A stretch of 50,906 nucleotides of DNA from Thermoplasmata archaeon (lineage in GTDB: Archaea > Thermoplasmatota > Thermoplasmata > UBA10834), in contig JAEHCN010000002.1 in the NCBI GenBank assembly GCA_020696395.1, positions 1-50,906 of the forward strand, read 5' to 3'. The translations under genes were made by a program, and so were the position numbers. Of the stretch, positions 16,600 through 25,686 are shown piece after piece (the stretch's first letter is position 1; the number at the start of each line of letters is the position of its first letter). The notes under the pieces are model-generated. The model saw only the letters and a list, made by a program, of their open reading frames with translations. It was not told the origin of the DNA and did no database searches.

Positions 16600-17625
16600 A
16601 TGAACCGAAGCAAGGTGAATGGCTTGGTGAGCACGAGGGCATACATCGCCAGGAAGCTAGTCTACGTATTCATCACGTTGATAGTGATAATCTCGTTCAA
16701 CTTCTTCCTGTTCAGAGTCATGCCCGGAGACCCCGCTGCAGTCTTGGTGCCGAAGGGCTGCACCCCGGAGCTCCGAGCGTACTTGTTCGAGATGCTTGGC
16801 CTAGACAAGCCGCTTCACGAGCAGTACGTTCTCTATCTGAAGCAGGCGCTAACGGGCGAGTGGGGCATTTCTACGGGGGTACGCAAATGGGTTCCGGTCA
16901 CGGATGTCATGGGCCCGGCCCTTATGAACACGGTCATTCTCCTCGGAACCGGGACGGTTCTTGCGATAATCCTGGGCGTCTCCTTGGGCAAGTTCGTTGC
17001 CTGGAGGAGAGGCACGGCAGTGGACGCGATAGGCATGAGCGCCGCGCTGGTCTTCTACTCGATGCCGACGTTCCTGTTCGCGCTCTTCCTTCTGATGATC
17101 TTCGCGGGCTACCTCAAATGGTTCCCTATTTGGGGTTCTGAGGGATGGCTGCCGGGGGTCGGGGGCTCGGCTAACCTGGACGAACTCGGTTTAGGCGCCC
17201 GGTTAATCAGCAGGCTGTATCACCTGGTACTGCCGCTCACTGCGTTCACGCTCGAAATCATGGCGGAGTTCGCCCTGATCATGAGAAACTCCCTTACGGA
17301 TGTCCTCACGGAGGACTACATAACCACGGCGCGTGCGAAGGGGCTGTCGAACAAGCAGATTCTCAACGACCACGCGATGCGCAACGCGCTCCTGCCAGTC
17401 GTGACCGTCATGGCAATAAGCATCGGGTGGGTGCTGGGCGGCACGATAATGGTGGAGATGGTGTTCTCCTACGATGGACTGGGTCTCATGACTTGGGACG
17501 CGGTCCTTGCACAGGATTACGCGCTTCTCCAGGCGCTCTTCCTACTCATGGCCATCGCGGTTCTTGTCGCCAACCTAATCGCAGACATGGTCTACGTCTA
17601 CCTCGACCCGAGGGTGAAGGTTTGA
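16600..17625 (+). CDS. ABC transporter permease (OppB/DppB type)
   Basis: Typical N-terminus (YIARKLVYVFITLIVIISFNFFLFRVMPGDP) and multiple TM helices. ATG at 16600 is preferred over the ORF-track start at 16531. Confidence 0.85.
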   Translation: MNRSKVNGLVSTRAYIARKLVYVFITLIVIISFNFFLFRVMPGDPAAVLVPKGCTPELRAYLFEMLGLDKPLHEQYVLYLKQALTGEWGISTGVRKWVPVTDVMGPALMNTVILLGTGTVLAIILGVSLGKFVAWRRGTAVDAIGMSAALVFYSMPTFLFALFLLMIFAGYLKWFPIWGSEGWLPGVGGSANLDELGLGARLISRLYHLVLPLTAFTLEIMAEFALIMRNSLTDVLTEDYITTARAKGLSNKQILNDHAMRNALLPVVTVMAISIGWVLGGTIMVEMVFSYDGLGLMTWDAVLAQDYALLQALFLLMAIAVLVANLIADMVYVYLDPRVKV

Positions 17626-17635
17626 GAGTGAACAG

Positions 17636-19414
17636 ATGAGTGCCCGACACAAGTCGATACAACCGGGAATGGCCTCCAAGGCCGTATGGAGAGGTCGAGC
17701 TGCGGCCCTCATTCCACTGGGCATGATCCTGCTGGCCTGCCTCTTCGTCTTCGCGGGGACAACCTGCAGCCTATACAGCCCCGAGCAGGAGGATGCACGC
17801 AGAGCCTCCGCGCTCTCGCTTCAGGACGCGGTCAGCCCATTGGCGGATGCAGGGTTGTACGACGACGTTCTGGCAGGAGTCATCGTGGAGCTGGACGGGT
17901 CTGGATCCACGGACAATGTTGCGGTAGTGAACTACACCTGGACGATAGAGGACGGGACGACTCCTGTCGTGCTCGAAGGAGAAGTCGTCGAGCTTGTGCT
18001 CTTGGAGCCTGGCACTTACACCATAACGCTCAACGTCTCGGACGCCGAGGGCAACTGGGACACGGACAGCACGCCCATCACGGTCAGAGCAGACACGGAA
18101 CCTCCGATTCCGAGCGGTGTGCCCAGAAAAGTCGTGGTCGGGACACTGGTGGATTTCGACGCTTCCTCGTCAGTGGACAACGCACGTATAGTCAATTACT
18201 CGTGGATATTCGTATATGGCGACGAGGAGGTCGTGTTATATGGCGTATCGCCTTCATTCTGGTTCAACAGGTCGGGGCTGTACGATGTCAACTTGACGGT
18301 AACGGACGCCTCCGGTCTCTTCGGGAGCGTGGTCGTGACCGTTGATGTGTACTCGAACCCCACCTGGTTGTCGGAAAACTGGCTGAAGCTCCTTGTCACC
18401 ATTCTGACCATAGGCGGGGCAACTTATTACCTGGTCAGCAAGATTAAGCGGGACCACGCCCTGCTCACACCCTCCGACGCGGAGAAACTGCGGCTTAAAC
18501 TGAAGGGGGCCAGGAAGACTTGGAAGATATTCCGGTCGAACAGGATCGGTTTCAGCGGTTTCCTGGTCCTGATAGTGTTCATTGTGGTGGGCGTGTTCGC
18601 CCCTTGGTTCTCCACTGTGAAGGACCCCAACCTGTACGACAACCACGAGCCCAACATTCCCGGGGTCGATGGCGCTTGGATCCAGAGGAATCCGTTGTCA
18701 CCGTCGCTCTCGCCCTCGGAGTATCTCGGCGTAGTGCATCCGCTCGGCACTGACTACATCGGGCAGGATGTCTGGAGCATGACAGTGTATGGGACAAGAG
18801 CATCCCTCATCGTCGGCTTGGTGGCGACGGCCATTTCAGCGTTGCTCGGAGCGGGCATTGGGCTGGGTGCAGGTTACTTCGGGAAAGCGACGGACGAAGT
18901 CCTGATGAGGGTGACCGATTTCTTCCTGGTCCTTCCCTGGTTCCCGCTCATGATCGTCATGATGGCGATCCTCGGAAGGGAGTTCGTGTGGATCATCGTG
19001 GTCATTGGCATAACGAGCTGGCCGTCCACTGCGAGGATCGTCAGGTCGCAGGTGCTCACCGTCAAGGAGAGGCAGTTCATCGAACGGGCAAGGGCAGTCG
19101 GCGCAGGGGACGCTCACATCATATCGAAGCACATAATGCCGAACGTGATGCCGCTCATCTTCGCCAACACGGTTCTGTTGATCTCGCTGGCGATATTCTC
19201 CGAATCCTTCCTGGACTTCTTCGGACTGGGAGACCCCACGGTCATAAGCTGGGGGACGATGCTGGAGGGGGCCTACAAATACGGCGCGTTCTATCAGGGG
19301 TCGTGGTGGACCATCGTCCCGCCTGGGCTGGCGATATTGATGATGGTGCTGTCGTTCTCACTTGTTGGATACGCACTCGACGATGTGTTCAACCCGAAGC
19401 TGAGGAAGAGGTGA
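17636..19414 (+). CDS. ABC transporter permease (OppC/DppC type) fused to an N-terminal TM - PKD - PKD - TM module
   Basis: 592 aa. Two PKD-like domains (LDGSGSTDNVAVVNYTWTIEDG...ITLNVSDAEGN and FDASSSVDNARIVNYSWIF...VNLTVTDASG) sit between two TM helices. The canonical OppC core follows (HPLGTDYIGQDVWSMTVYG...). Confidence 0.8.
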   Translation: MSARHKSIQPGMASKAVWRGRAAALIPLGMILLACLFVFAGTTCSLYSPEQEDARRASALSLQDAVSPLADAGLYDDVLAGVIVELDGSGSTDNVAVVNYTWTIEDGTTPVVLEGEVVELVLLEPGTYTITLNVSDAEGNWDTDSTPITVRADTEPPIPSGVPRKVVVGTLVDFDASSSVDNARIVNYSWIFVYGDEEVVLYGVSPSFWFNRSGLYDVNLTVTDASGLFGSVVVTVDVYSNPTWLSENWLKLLVTILTIGGATYYLVSKIKRDHALLTPSDAEKLRLKLKGARKTWKIFRSNRIGFSGFLVLIVFIVVGVFAPWFSTVKDPNLYDNHEPNIPGVDGAWIQRNPLSPSLSPSEYLGVVHPLGTDYIGQDVWSMTVYGTRASLIVGLVATAISALLGAGIGLGAGYFGKATDEVLMRVTDFFLVLPWFPLMIVMMAILGREFVWIIVVIGITSWPSTARIVRSQVLTVKERQFIERARAVGAGDAHIISKHIMPNVMPLIFANTVLLISLAIFSESFLDFFGLGDPTVISWGTMLEGAYKYGAFYQGSWWTIVPPGLAILMMVLSFSLVGYALDDVFNPKLRKR

Positions 19415-19529
19415 GCGGCACTTCACTTCTGCCGAGACTATATCTGCACAGCGCGTGCTCTCGAAGCATGTGAGGAACAAAAGAAGAAGATATGAAGATG
19501 TTTCGGAGCTCCAGTGGTCCCGGGAAACC

Positions 19530-20414
19530 TCACTGCTTCGCTGCCAGCTCCGCCTGCCACTTCCTGTAGTAGGTCAGGTAGCCCATCGCGAACTTGTCCT
19601 CGCCCCAGAAGAGCTTCGAGGCCTTGAGTGCGAACATCATGTCCGCATCGTTCGGGTTGCCGATGAAGCAGCTCATGCCTTCACCAGCGCACATTAGCAT
19701 GAAGGTGGCATTCAGCTTCGGCCTCGCGGGAAGTCCGAACGAGGCGTTGCTCAATCCCAGCGTGGTGTTCACACCGTACTTCTCGGTCACCGTTCTGATC
19801 GTGTCAAGGGTCGCCATCGCACCGCTGTCGGATGTCCCGCATGCCAGCGCGACGCAGTCGATGATGAGGTTCTTGCGGTCCATGCCGGCCTTCTCGGCGC
19901 GCTCGATTATCCTGCCGGCAATCTCGACCCTCTTCTCCGTGGTCGCGGGGATCCCGGCGTCGTCGATGACCAGACCGACCAACGCCGCATCGTACTCTGC
20001 GGCCAGCGGTATCACGACATCCATCCTCTTCTCCTCTCCGGTGGTGGAGTTGATCCCAGGTCTCCCCTTCACCGTCTTCAGAGCCTCAGCGAGGACTGCC
20101 GGGTCGGAAGTGTCGATCCACAAGGGTACGTCGACCGCATCCTGGACGATCCTGAGGGCTTCGAGCATGGCGTGCTTCTCGTCGATACCTGGAACGCCCA
20201 CGTTGATATCCAGTATGTCCGCTCCGGCCTCAACCTGCTTCTTCGCCTCGCCAGCGAGAACCTCGAACTCGCCGGCCTTCAACTTCTCGATCAGAGCTTT
20301 CCTGTTTGTCGGATTGATCCTCTCTCCGACAATCACGGGGGTGTTGGTCGCCCCGATCTTCACTGTCCTCTCAGTCCCCTTGAGCTCGATGACCGGTACC
20401 TTTGCGCGTGGCAT
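19530..20414 (-). CDS. pterin-binding methyltransferase (methylcorrinoid:tetrahydrofolate methyltransferase-like, MtgA/MeTr/AcsE family)
   Basis: 294 aa. VIVGERINPTNRK, ADILDINVG and a TIM-barrel pterin-binding pattern. Confidence 0.75.
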   Translation of the reverse strand: MPRAKVPVIELKGTERTVKIGATNTPVIVGERINPTNRKALIEKLKAGEFEVLAGEAKKQVEAGADILDINVGVPGIDEKHAMLEALRIVQDAVDVPLWIDTSDPAVLAEALKTVKGRPGINSTTGEEKRMDVVIPLAAEYDAALVGLVIDDAGIPATTEKRVEIAGRIIERAEKAGMDRKNLIIDCVALACGTSDSGAMATLDTIRTVTEKYGVNTTLGLSNASFGLPARPKLNATFMLMCAGEGMSCFIGNPNDADMMFALKASKLFWGEDKFAMGYLTYYRKWQAELAAKQ

Positions 20415-20643
20415 GTTTCATCCTCCCTCAGCCGGGACATCGCCTCGCCCCAGAAAAAGGTTTCGACGACATGCCAGGCCACACATCGGACGTCTCACGA
20501 TGGCCGGCGACCACCTGTCCTGTGGAGGTTGGCTGCGAAGCTTCCGGGTGCGCAGACAGTCAGGACCGCACACGCGGTGAACGGCTTCCAACGGAAACTG
20601 TCATCAAGTAATAAGGCAATCCACCCATGCAGGGTTCGATGAG

Positions 20644-21741
20644 ATGAATCTAAAGCACCCGAGGCCATTCAGATCGCTCTTCAGGTTCTCGAAGCAGTTC
20701 ATGCGGAAATCGGGTTCCCCGCCAGGCACTCTCGTCTACACGGGAGACAAGAAGGTCGATAAGACCCGGATCTCAGTGATGGAGTACAGCGACGCCGAGT
20801 TCTTCGAGAGGGAGGTCGAGGACGTCAGCACCTGCTTCCCTTTGAAGGAGAAACCCACGGTAACATGGCTGAACATCAACGGCCTCCATGATATCCACAC
20901 AATGGAGACCATCGGAAACGCCTTCGGCATACATCCTCTCGTCCTCGAGGACATACTCAACGTCGACCAGAGGCCGAAGTTCGAGGATTTCGAGGACTAC
21001 ATCTTCATCGTTCTCAAAGTGGCCTACCTCGACGAGACGAGGAACGACCTCCAGATGGAACAGATAAGCCTCATAGTGACGCGGAACTGCGTGATAACGT
21101 TCCAGGAGACGGAGGGCGACGTGTTCGAGGGCATCAGGGAGCGCGTCCGCAGCTACAAGGGGCGCACCAGACGCATGGGGGTGGACTACCTTGCGTACGT
21201 CCTCATAGACGCGATCGTCGACAGCTACTTCGTGATACTGGACAGACTTGGGGAACGCACGGAGACGCTGGAGGACGAGCTGGTGGCGAAGCCAGACCCG
21301 GAGACGCTCCAGACGATATATCGTCTCAAAAGGGATATGATATTCCTCCGGAGGGCGGTCTGGCCCCTGCGTGAGGCGATCGGCGCCCTCGGGAGGGACA
21401 CCAGTCCGCTTTTGCAGGAGAGCACCCAGGTGTACCTGAAGGATGTCTACGACCACACCATACAAGTGATCGACACGGTCGAGTCGTTGAGAGACATGGT
21501 CACGGGTATGCTGGACATTTATCTGTCGAGCGTCAGCAACAAGATGAACGAGATCATGAAGGTGCTGACGATCATAGCCACGATATTCATCCCGCTGACC
21601 TTCCTCGCAGGAGTCTACGGGATGAACTTCAGGTACATGCCCGAGCTGGAGTCCCACATCGCCTATCCTCTGCTACTGATTGGCATGACTTGCGTGGCCG
21701 CTCTGATGCTCGTCTACTTCAGGATCAAACGCTGGCTGTGA
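20644..21741 (+). CDS. corA: CorA-family divalent cation (Mg2+/Co2+) transporter
   Basis: 365 aa. YGMNF signature (GVYGMNFRYMPE) before the last TM helix, with two C-terminal TMs. Confidence 0.9.
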   Translation: MNLKHPRPFRSLFRFSKQFMRKSGSPPGTLVYTGDKKVDKTRISVMEYSDAEFFEREVEDVSTCFPLKEKPTVTWLNINGLHDIHTMETIGNAFGIHPLVLEDILNVDQRPKFEDFEDYIFIVLKVAYLDETRNDLQMEQISLIVTRNCVITFQETEGDVFEGIRERVRSYKGRTRRMGVDYLAYVLIDAIVDSYFVILDRLGERTETLEDELVAKPDPETLQTIYRLKRDMIFLRRAVWPLREAIGALGRDTSPLLQESTQVYLKDVYDHTIQVIDTVESLRDMVTGMLDIYLSSVSNKMNEIMKVLTIIATIFIPLTFLAGVYGMNFRYMPELESHIAYPLLLIGMTCVAALMLVYFRIKRWL

Positions 21742-21937
21742 GTCGCGGACAGCTGCTGCGGGACAACCTTCGTCACGGCCGTGTTGGCAACGAATCCCGG
21801 CGAACACCTCCAGTCGTCTGTATGGCACGCGCGAAAACGTACAGAAACATTAATTAGGCAACTGCGTATGCCGTCTCAATTCGGATGGAAGTCCAGGGTC
21901 TTCGCGACTGATTGGCCTTTCTTCCGAGCCAACGCCC

Positions 21938-21958
21938 CCCGGAGACACCGTTTCCGGG
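21938..21958 (+). promoter_or_regulatory. stem-loop in the 5' leader of the corrinoid-protein gene
   Basis: CCCGGA-n9-TCCGGG, 22-42 nt upstream of the ATG at 21980. Confidence 0.25.
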
Positions 21959-21979
21959 AAGGCAAGGGGGTATACACCA

Positions 21980-22612
21980 ATGGAAGAAATCGTGACACAG
22001 TTGAAAAACGCTGTGATAAACTACGAGATGGAGACCATCGCCGATCTCGCCAAGAAGGCTGTCGATCAGGGCGTTGATCCGCTAGTCGCCATCGACAAGG
22101 GATTGGCGGAAGGAATTAAGACAGTGGGCGAGAGATTCGGAAAGGGAGAGATCTTCCTGCCCGAGCTCGTCATGGGCGCAGAGGCCATGAAGGCTGCGCT
22201 GGCCGTACTTGAGCCTGCGGTGCCAGCGGGACAGCACAGGGAGACGGCCGGAAAGGTGCTCATCGGGACTGTCCAGGACGACATCCACGAGATCGGAAAG
22301 AACCTCGTCTCGACAATGCTAGCATCGAACGGATTCGAAGTTGTGGACCTTGGCGTCAACGTCCCTGCCCAGGACTTCCTGAAGAAGGCGGGAGAGGTCA
22401 AGGCGAACATCGTCGCGATGTCCGCACTTATGACGACGACCATGCCGAGGATGGCAGAGGTCATCGCTCCGCTCAAGAAGGACAACCCATCCGTGAAGAC
22501 CATCATCGGAGGCGCACCAGTCACGGACGTGTACGCCAAGGAGATCGGCTCCGAGGGGTACAGCGGCGACGCGTCTGGAGCCGTCGACGTGGCGAAGAAG
22601 CTCCTTGGGTGA
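21980..22612 (+). CDS. cobalamin-binding corrinoid protein (MttC/MtbC/MtgC type)
   Basis: 210 aa. N-terminal helical cap and a Rossmann B12 domain with DxHxxG (QDDIHEIGKN). The stop overlaps the next start. Confidence 0.9.
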   Translation: MEEIVTQLKNAVINYEMETIADLAKKAVDQGVDPLVAIDKGLAEGIKTVGERFGKGEIFLPELVMGAEAMKAALAVLEPAVPAGQHRETAGKVLIGTVQDDIHEIGKNLVSTMLASNGFEVVDLGVNVPAQDFLKKAGEVKANIVAMSALMTTTMPRMAEVIAPLKKDNPSVKTIIGGAPVTDVYAKEIGSEGYSGDASGAVDVAKKLLG

Positions 22613-24087
22613 GTGCAATGTCATACGGCATCGTGCGCGGGACGCGCTTCCAGATTCTGAGCAAGGATGACCTTGACAGGATCCACTGGGGCACACTGCA
22701 CATCCTCGAGAAGGTCGGTGTACAGGTCGACAGCCCCACATGCAGGAAGCTCTTGAAGGAAAACGGCTGCGAAGTCGATGAGGAGGCAAGGTCGGCCAAG
22801 ATACCTTCCCACCTCGTCATGGAAGCTCTCAGCAAGAAGAAGTCCACGATTACCCTCGCTGCAAGGGACCCAAAATATGACGCGAGACTCGACCTGAATC
22901 ACAGCTACATGTGCGCGAACGGTAATGGCGCTGTGGCGGTGGACTTCGAGACGGGTGAGAGGAGGAACTCGACGAAGCAGGACCTGGTCGACTCCACGAA
23001 GATATGCGACGCCCTGCCGAACGTGCACGTCCACTGGCCGATGGTCAGCTCGACCGACGTGCCAGCGTCTGTCGTGCACCTGCACGACCTTGAGGCCTCT
23101 CTGAACAACACGGGGAAGCACGTCATGTACGAAACGGGCGTGACTCTCGAGGACGCCAAGAACCTAACGGCCATGGGTTACGCGGCGGCTGGGGGCGAGA
23201 AGGAGTACCGCAGGAGGCCGATCACATCGTGTCTCCAGTGCACCTACGCGCCCCTGCAGCACGACGCGGGCGTCATGGACGCCAGCCTGGAGTTCGCCAA
23301 GAACGGCGTGCCACTGGTGTTCTTCACCATGCCACAGCCCGGCGCGACCGGCCCAGCGTCGCTGGTCGGTTCGATGGTCGTGGGCAACGCCGAGGTTCTG
23401 AGCGCACTCGTGATGACCCAGCTCGCGTCTCCGGGTGCGTCCGTGATATACGGACTCGGCATCGCTCCGCTCGACATGAAGACCACCGTCAGGGCGGGCG
23501 GCAGTCCAGAACATGCGATATGCTCGGCGATGGGCACGGAGATGGCACACTACTACGGCATGCCGTCGTGCGTGGGCGTCTCCGGGACCGCGAAGGAACC
23601 AGGCATACAGGCCGCCATGGATACCTACACCGGCTGTGTCGGTCCCCTGCTTGCTGGCGCCGACCTCATGTGCGGCATAGGCTTGCTAGAGGACTCCAGC
23701 TGCCTCCACCTCGAGCAGGTCGTGATCGACAATGAGATTGTCGGGGCCATTGCAAGGCTGATCCGTGGCGAGTGGGCGGACGACGACACGCTTGCGCTGG
23801 ATGTCATCGAGAAGGTCGGGATCGGCAAGAACTACCTTGCCCAGAAACACACGATGAAGTACCTCCGGACGGACCACTTCATGCCGACGCTTGTCGACAG
23901 ACGCTCAGAGGACGCCTGGTCGACGACCGGGAAGAAGACCATGAGAGACTCCGCCAGGGAGAAGGTCAAGGAGATACTGGCTACTCACAAGGTACCGGGG
24001 CTCCCAGACGGCGCGAACAGAGACCTCGCAGCGATCATAGAGAAGGCGAAGAAGCCCTTGTGGGGCGGCGAGTCGAAGGTCCACTAG
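22609..24087 (+). CDS. MttB-superfamily methyltransferase, pyrrolysine-free (quaternary amine:corrinoid methyltransferase candidate), paralogue 1
   Basis: 492-aa uninterrupted ORF with GTG at 22609 or ATG at 22618. MttB-like blocks: PQPGATGP, RAGGSPEH, GIGLLED, VIDNEI. No in-frame TAG. Confidence 0.8.
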   Translation: MSAMSYGIVRGTRFQILSKDDLDRIHWGTLHILEKVGVQVDSPTCRKLLKENGCEVDEEARSAKIPSHLVMEALSKKKSTITLAARDPKYDARLDLNHSYMCANGNGAVAVDFETGERRNSTKQDLVDSTKICDALPNVHVHWPMVSSTDVPASVVHLHDLEASLNNTGKHVMYETGVTLEDAKNLTAMGYAAAGGEKEYRRRPITSCLQCTYAPLQHDAGVMDASLEFAKNGVPLVFFTMPQPGATGPASLVGSMVVGNAEVLSALVMTQLASPGASVIYGLGIAPLDMKTTVRAGGSPEHAICSAMGTEMAHYYGMPSCVGVSGTAKEPGIQAAMDTYTGCVGPLLAGADLMCGIGLLEDSSCLHLEQVVIDNEIVGAIARLIRGEWADDDTLALDVIEKVGIGKNYLAQKHTMKYLRTDHFMPTLVDRRSEDAWSTTGKKTMRDSAREKVKEILATHKVPGLPDGANRDLAAIIEKAKKPLWGGESKVH

Positions 24088-24226
24088 GCTATGCAGTGTA
24101 CAAACCTGAAACCGGGGCCAGGCGAGGAAGTCGTCCTGGCTCCGAGCAATTGTATTTCTATCGCACGCGGCCCGCCGAAGAGGCTTGGCCGCGCGGGCTG
24201 GCAGGACGAACCAGAAGGGATTCAGA

Positions 24227-25669
24227 ATGGCTAACTCCATACCGATAAGGTGCAAGCGGCAGGTACTGGACTCCGAGGGCGTGCAGCGGATCAGATACGC
24301 CGCGCTCGAGATCCTCGAGCGAACGGGTGTCGCCGTTATGAGTAAAAAAGCGCAGAAACTCCTCCGTGACGCAGGATGCGATTTTGACGAGAAAAGTTCA
24401 ATTGTGAGATTCCCTCCGAGCCTCGTCGAGGGCCTCGCCCGTAAGAACAAGCGGAGCGTGACATTCTTCGGGCGGACCCCGAGGCATGACGCGAGGCTCG
24501 ACGGCGAGCACGTCCATGTGTGCAGCGATGGGAACGGCACGATGGCAATGGACTTCGAGACGAGGGAGCGACGCGTATCCAGGAAGGAGGATGTCGGGAA
24601 GGCTGCATTCGTATCGGACGCGCTGAAGGGGCACGGAGTGAACTGGCCCAGCGTGACCTCTCAGGACGTCCCCATGGGGACCAGGCACATACACGACCTC
24701 CAGGCATCCCTGGAGAACACTGAGAAGCACATCACACTGGCCACCAACACGACCTATTGGGAGGTCGAGGACGTGCTGGCACTCGGCGCGGCGGCTGCAG
24801 GAGGAATCGATGAGTTCGAGAAACGACCGTTCCTGTCGTCAATCCACACGAGTTCGTCACCGCTTCAAATCGACGCGGACGGCATCGACGCCGGGTTCGT
24901 CGCAGCGGACGGCGGGATGCCCATCTGCTTCTATGTCATGCCAGGTCCGGGCGCCACCGGTCCGGTCACCCTTGCTGGCTCAGTAGCCGTCGCCGTCGCC
25001 GAGGCCCTGGCAGGCAACACGATAATCCAGCTGCACAGGCCGGGAACGGCCTTCGTGTTCGCATGCGGGATGGCGGTACTGGACATGAAGGCGTCCACCC
25101 GGGCCGGAGGAGGGCCTGAGCACGGGTTGACATCCGCAGCTTACACGCAGATGGCGCACCACTTCGGATTCCCCGCTCTTTCCGGAGGTTTCGTGACCAC
25201 CTCCAAGGAACCGGACGAGCAGGCGGCCTACGAGAAGTTCGCCAGTGCGGTGACCCCGATACTCGCAGGCACGGACATGCTCGCCGGGATCGGGCTACTC
25301 GAAGACTGCAGGACGATATGGCTGGAGCAGATGGTTATCGACGACGAGATCTCGAGGATCATAGGCAGGATGGCTCAGGGAATCGAAGTCTCAGACGACA
25401 GCCTCGCGCTCGATGTGATCAACAGCGTGGGCCCGGGTAAGGACTTCCTCGGGCAACGACACACCATGGAACGCTTCAGGAAGGAGCATTTCATGCCTGT
25501 GATATCGGACCGCTCCTCATGGGATTCGTGGACGGCAGGGGGTTCGAAATCCACGCTCACCAGAGCTGGTGACGAGGTGCGGAGGATACTTAAGGAGCAC
25601 ACCGTCGAACCGGTGAGGGACGAGATGGGCGAGGTCGCAGCTTCACTGATCAAGAAGAGAGCCAAGTGA
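24227..25669 (+). CDS. MttB-superfamily methyltransferase, pyrrolysine-free, paralogue 2
   Basis: 480 aa from the ATG at 24227 (ORF open from 24185). It has the same conserved blocks (PGPGATGP, RAGGGPEH, GIGLLED, VIDDEI). No in-frame TAG. Confidence 0.8.
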   Translation: MANSIPIRCKRQVLDSEGVQRIRYAALEILERTGVAVMSKKAQKLLRDAGCDFDEKSSIVRFPPSLVEGLARKNKRSVTFFGRTPRHDARLDGEHVHVCSDGNGTMAMDFETRERRVSRKEDVGKAAFVSDALKGHGVNWPSVTSQDVPMGTRHIHDLQASLENTEKHITLATNTTYWEVEDVLALGAAAAGGIDEFEKRPFLSSIHTSSSPLQIDADGIDAGFVAADGGMPICFYVMPGPGATGPVTLAGSVAVAVAEALAGNTIIQLHRPGTAFVFACGMAVLDMKASTRAGGGPEHGLTSAAYTQMAHHFGFPALSGGFVTTSKEPDEQAAYEKFASAVTPILAGTDMLAGIGLLEDCRTIWLEQMVIDDEISRIIGRMAQGIEVSDDSLALDVINSVGPGKDFLGQRHTMERFRKEHFMPVISDRSSWDSWTAGGSKSTLTRAGDEVRRILKEHTVEPVRDEMGEVAASLIKKRAK

Positions 25670-25686
25670 CGGCCTCTTCGGCCGTC

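Noticed and set aside
14464-19414. The Opp-type ABC importer as the uptake system for the adjacent methyl-transfer cluster.
   Set aside because: Family-5 binding proteins typically bind peptides, nickel or opines rather than quaternary amines. The operon is convergent with the MtgA-like gene, so adjacency alone is not evidence of a functional link.
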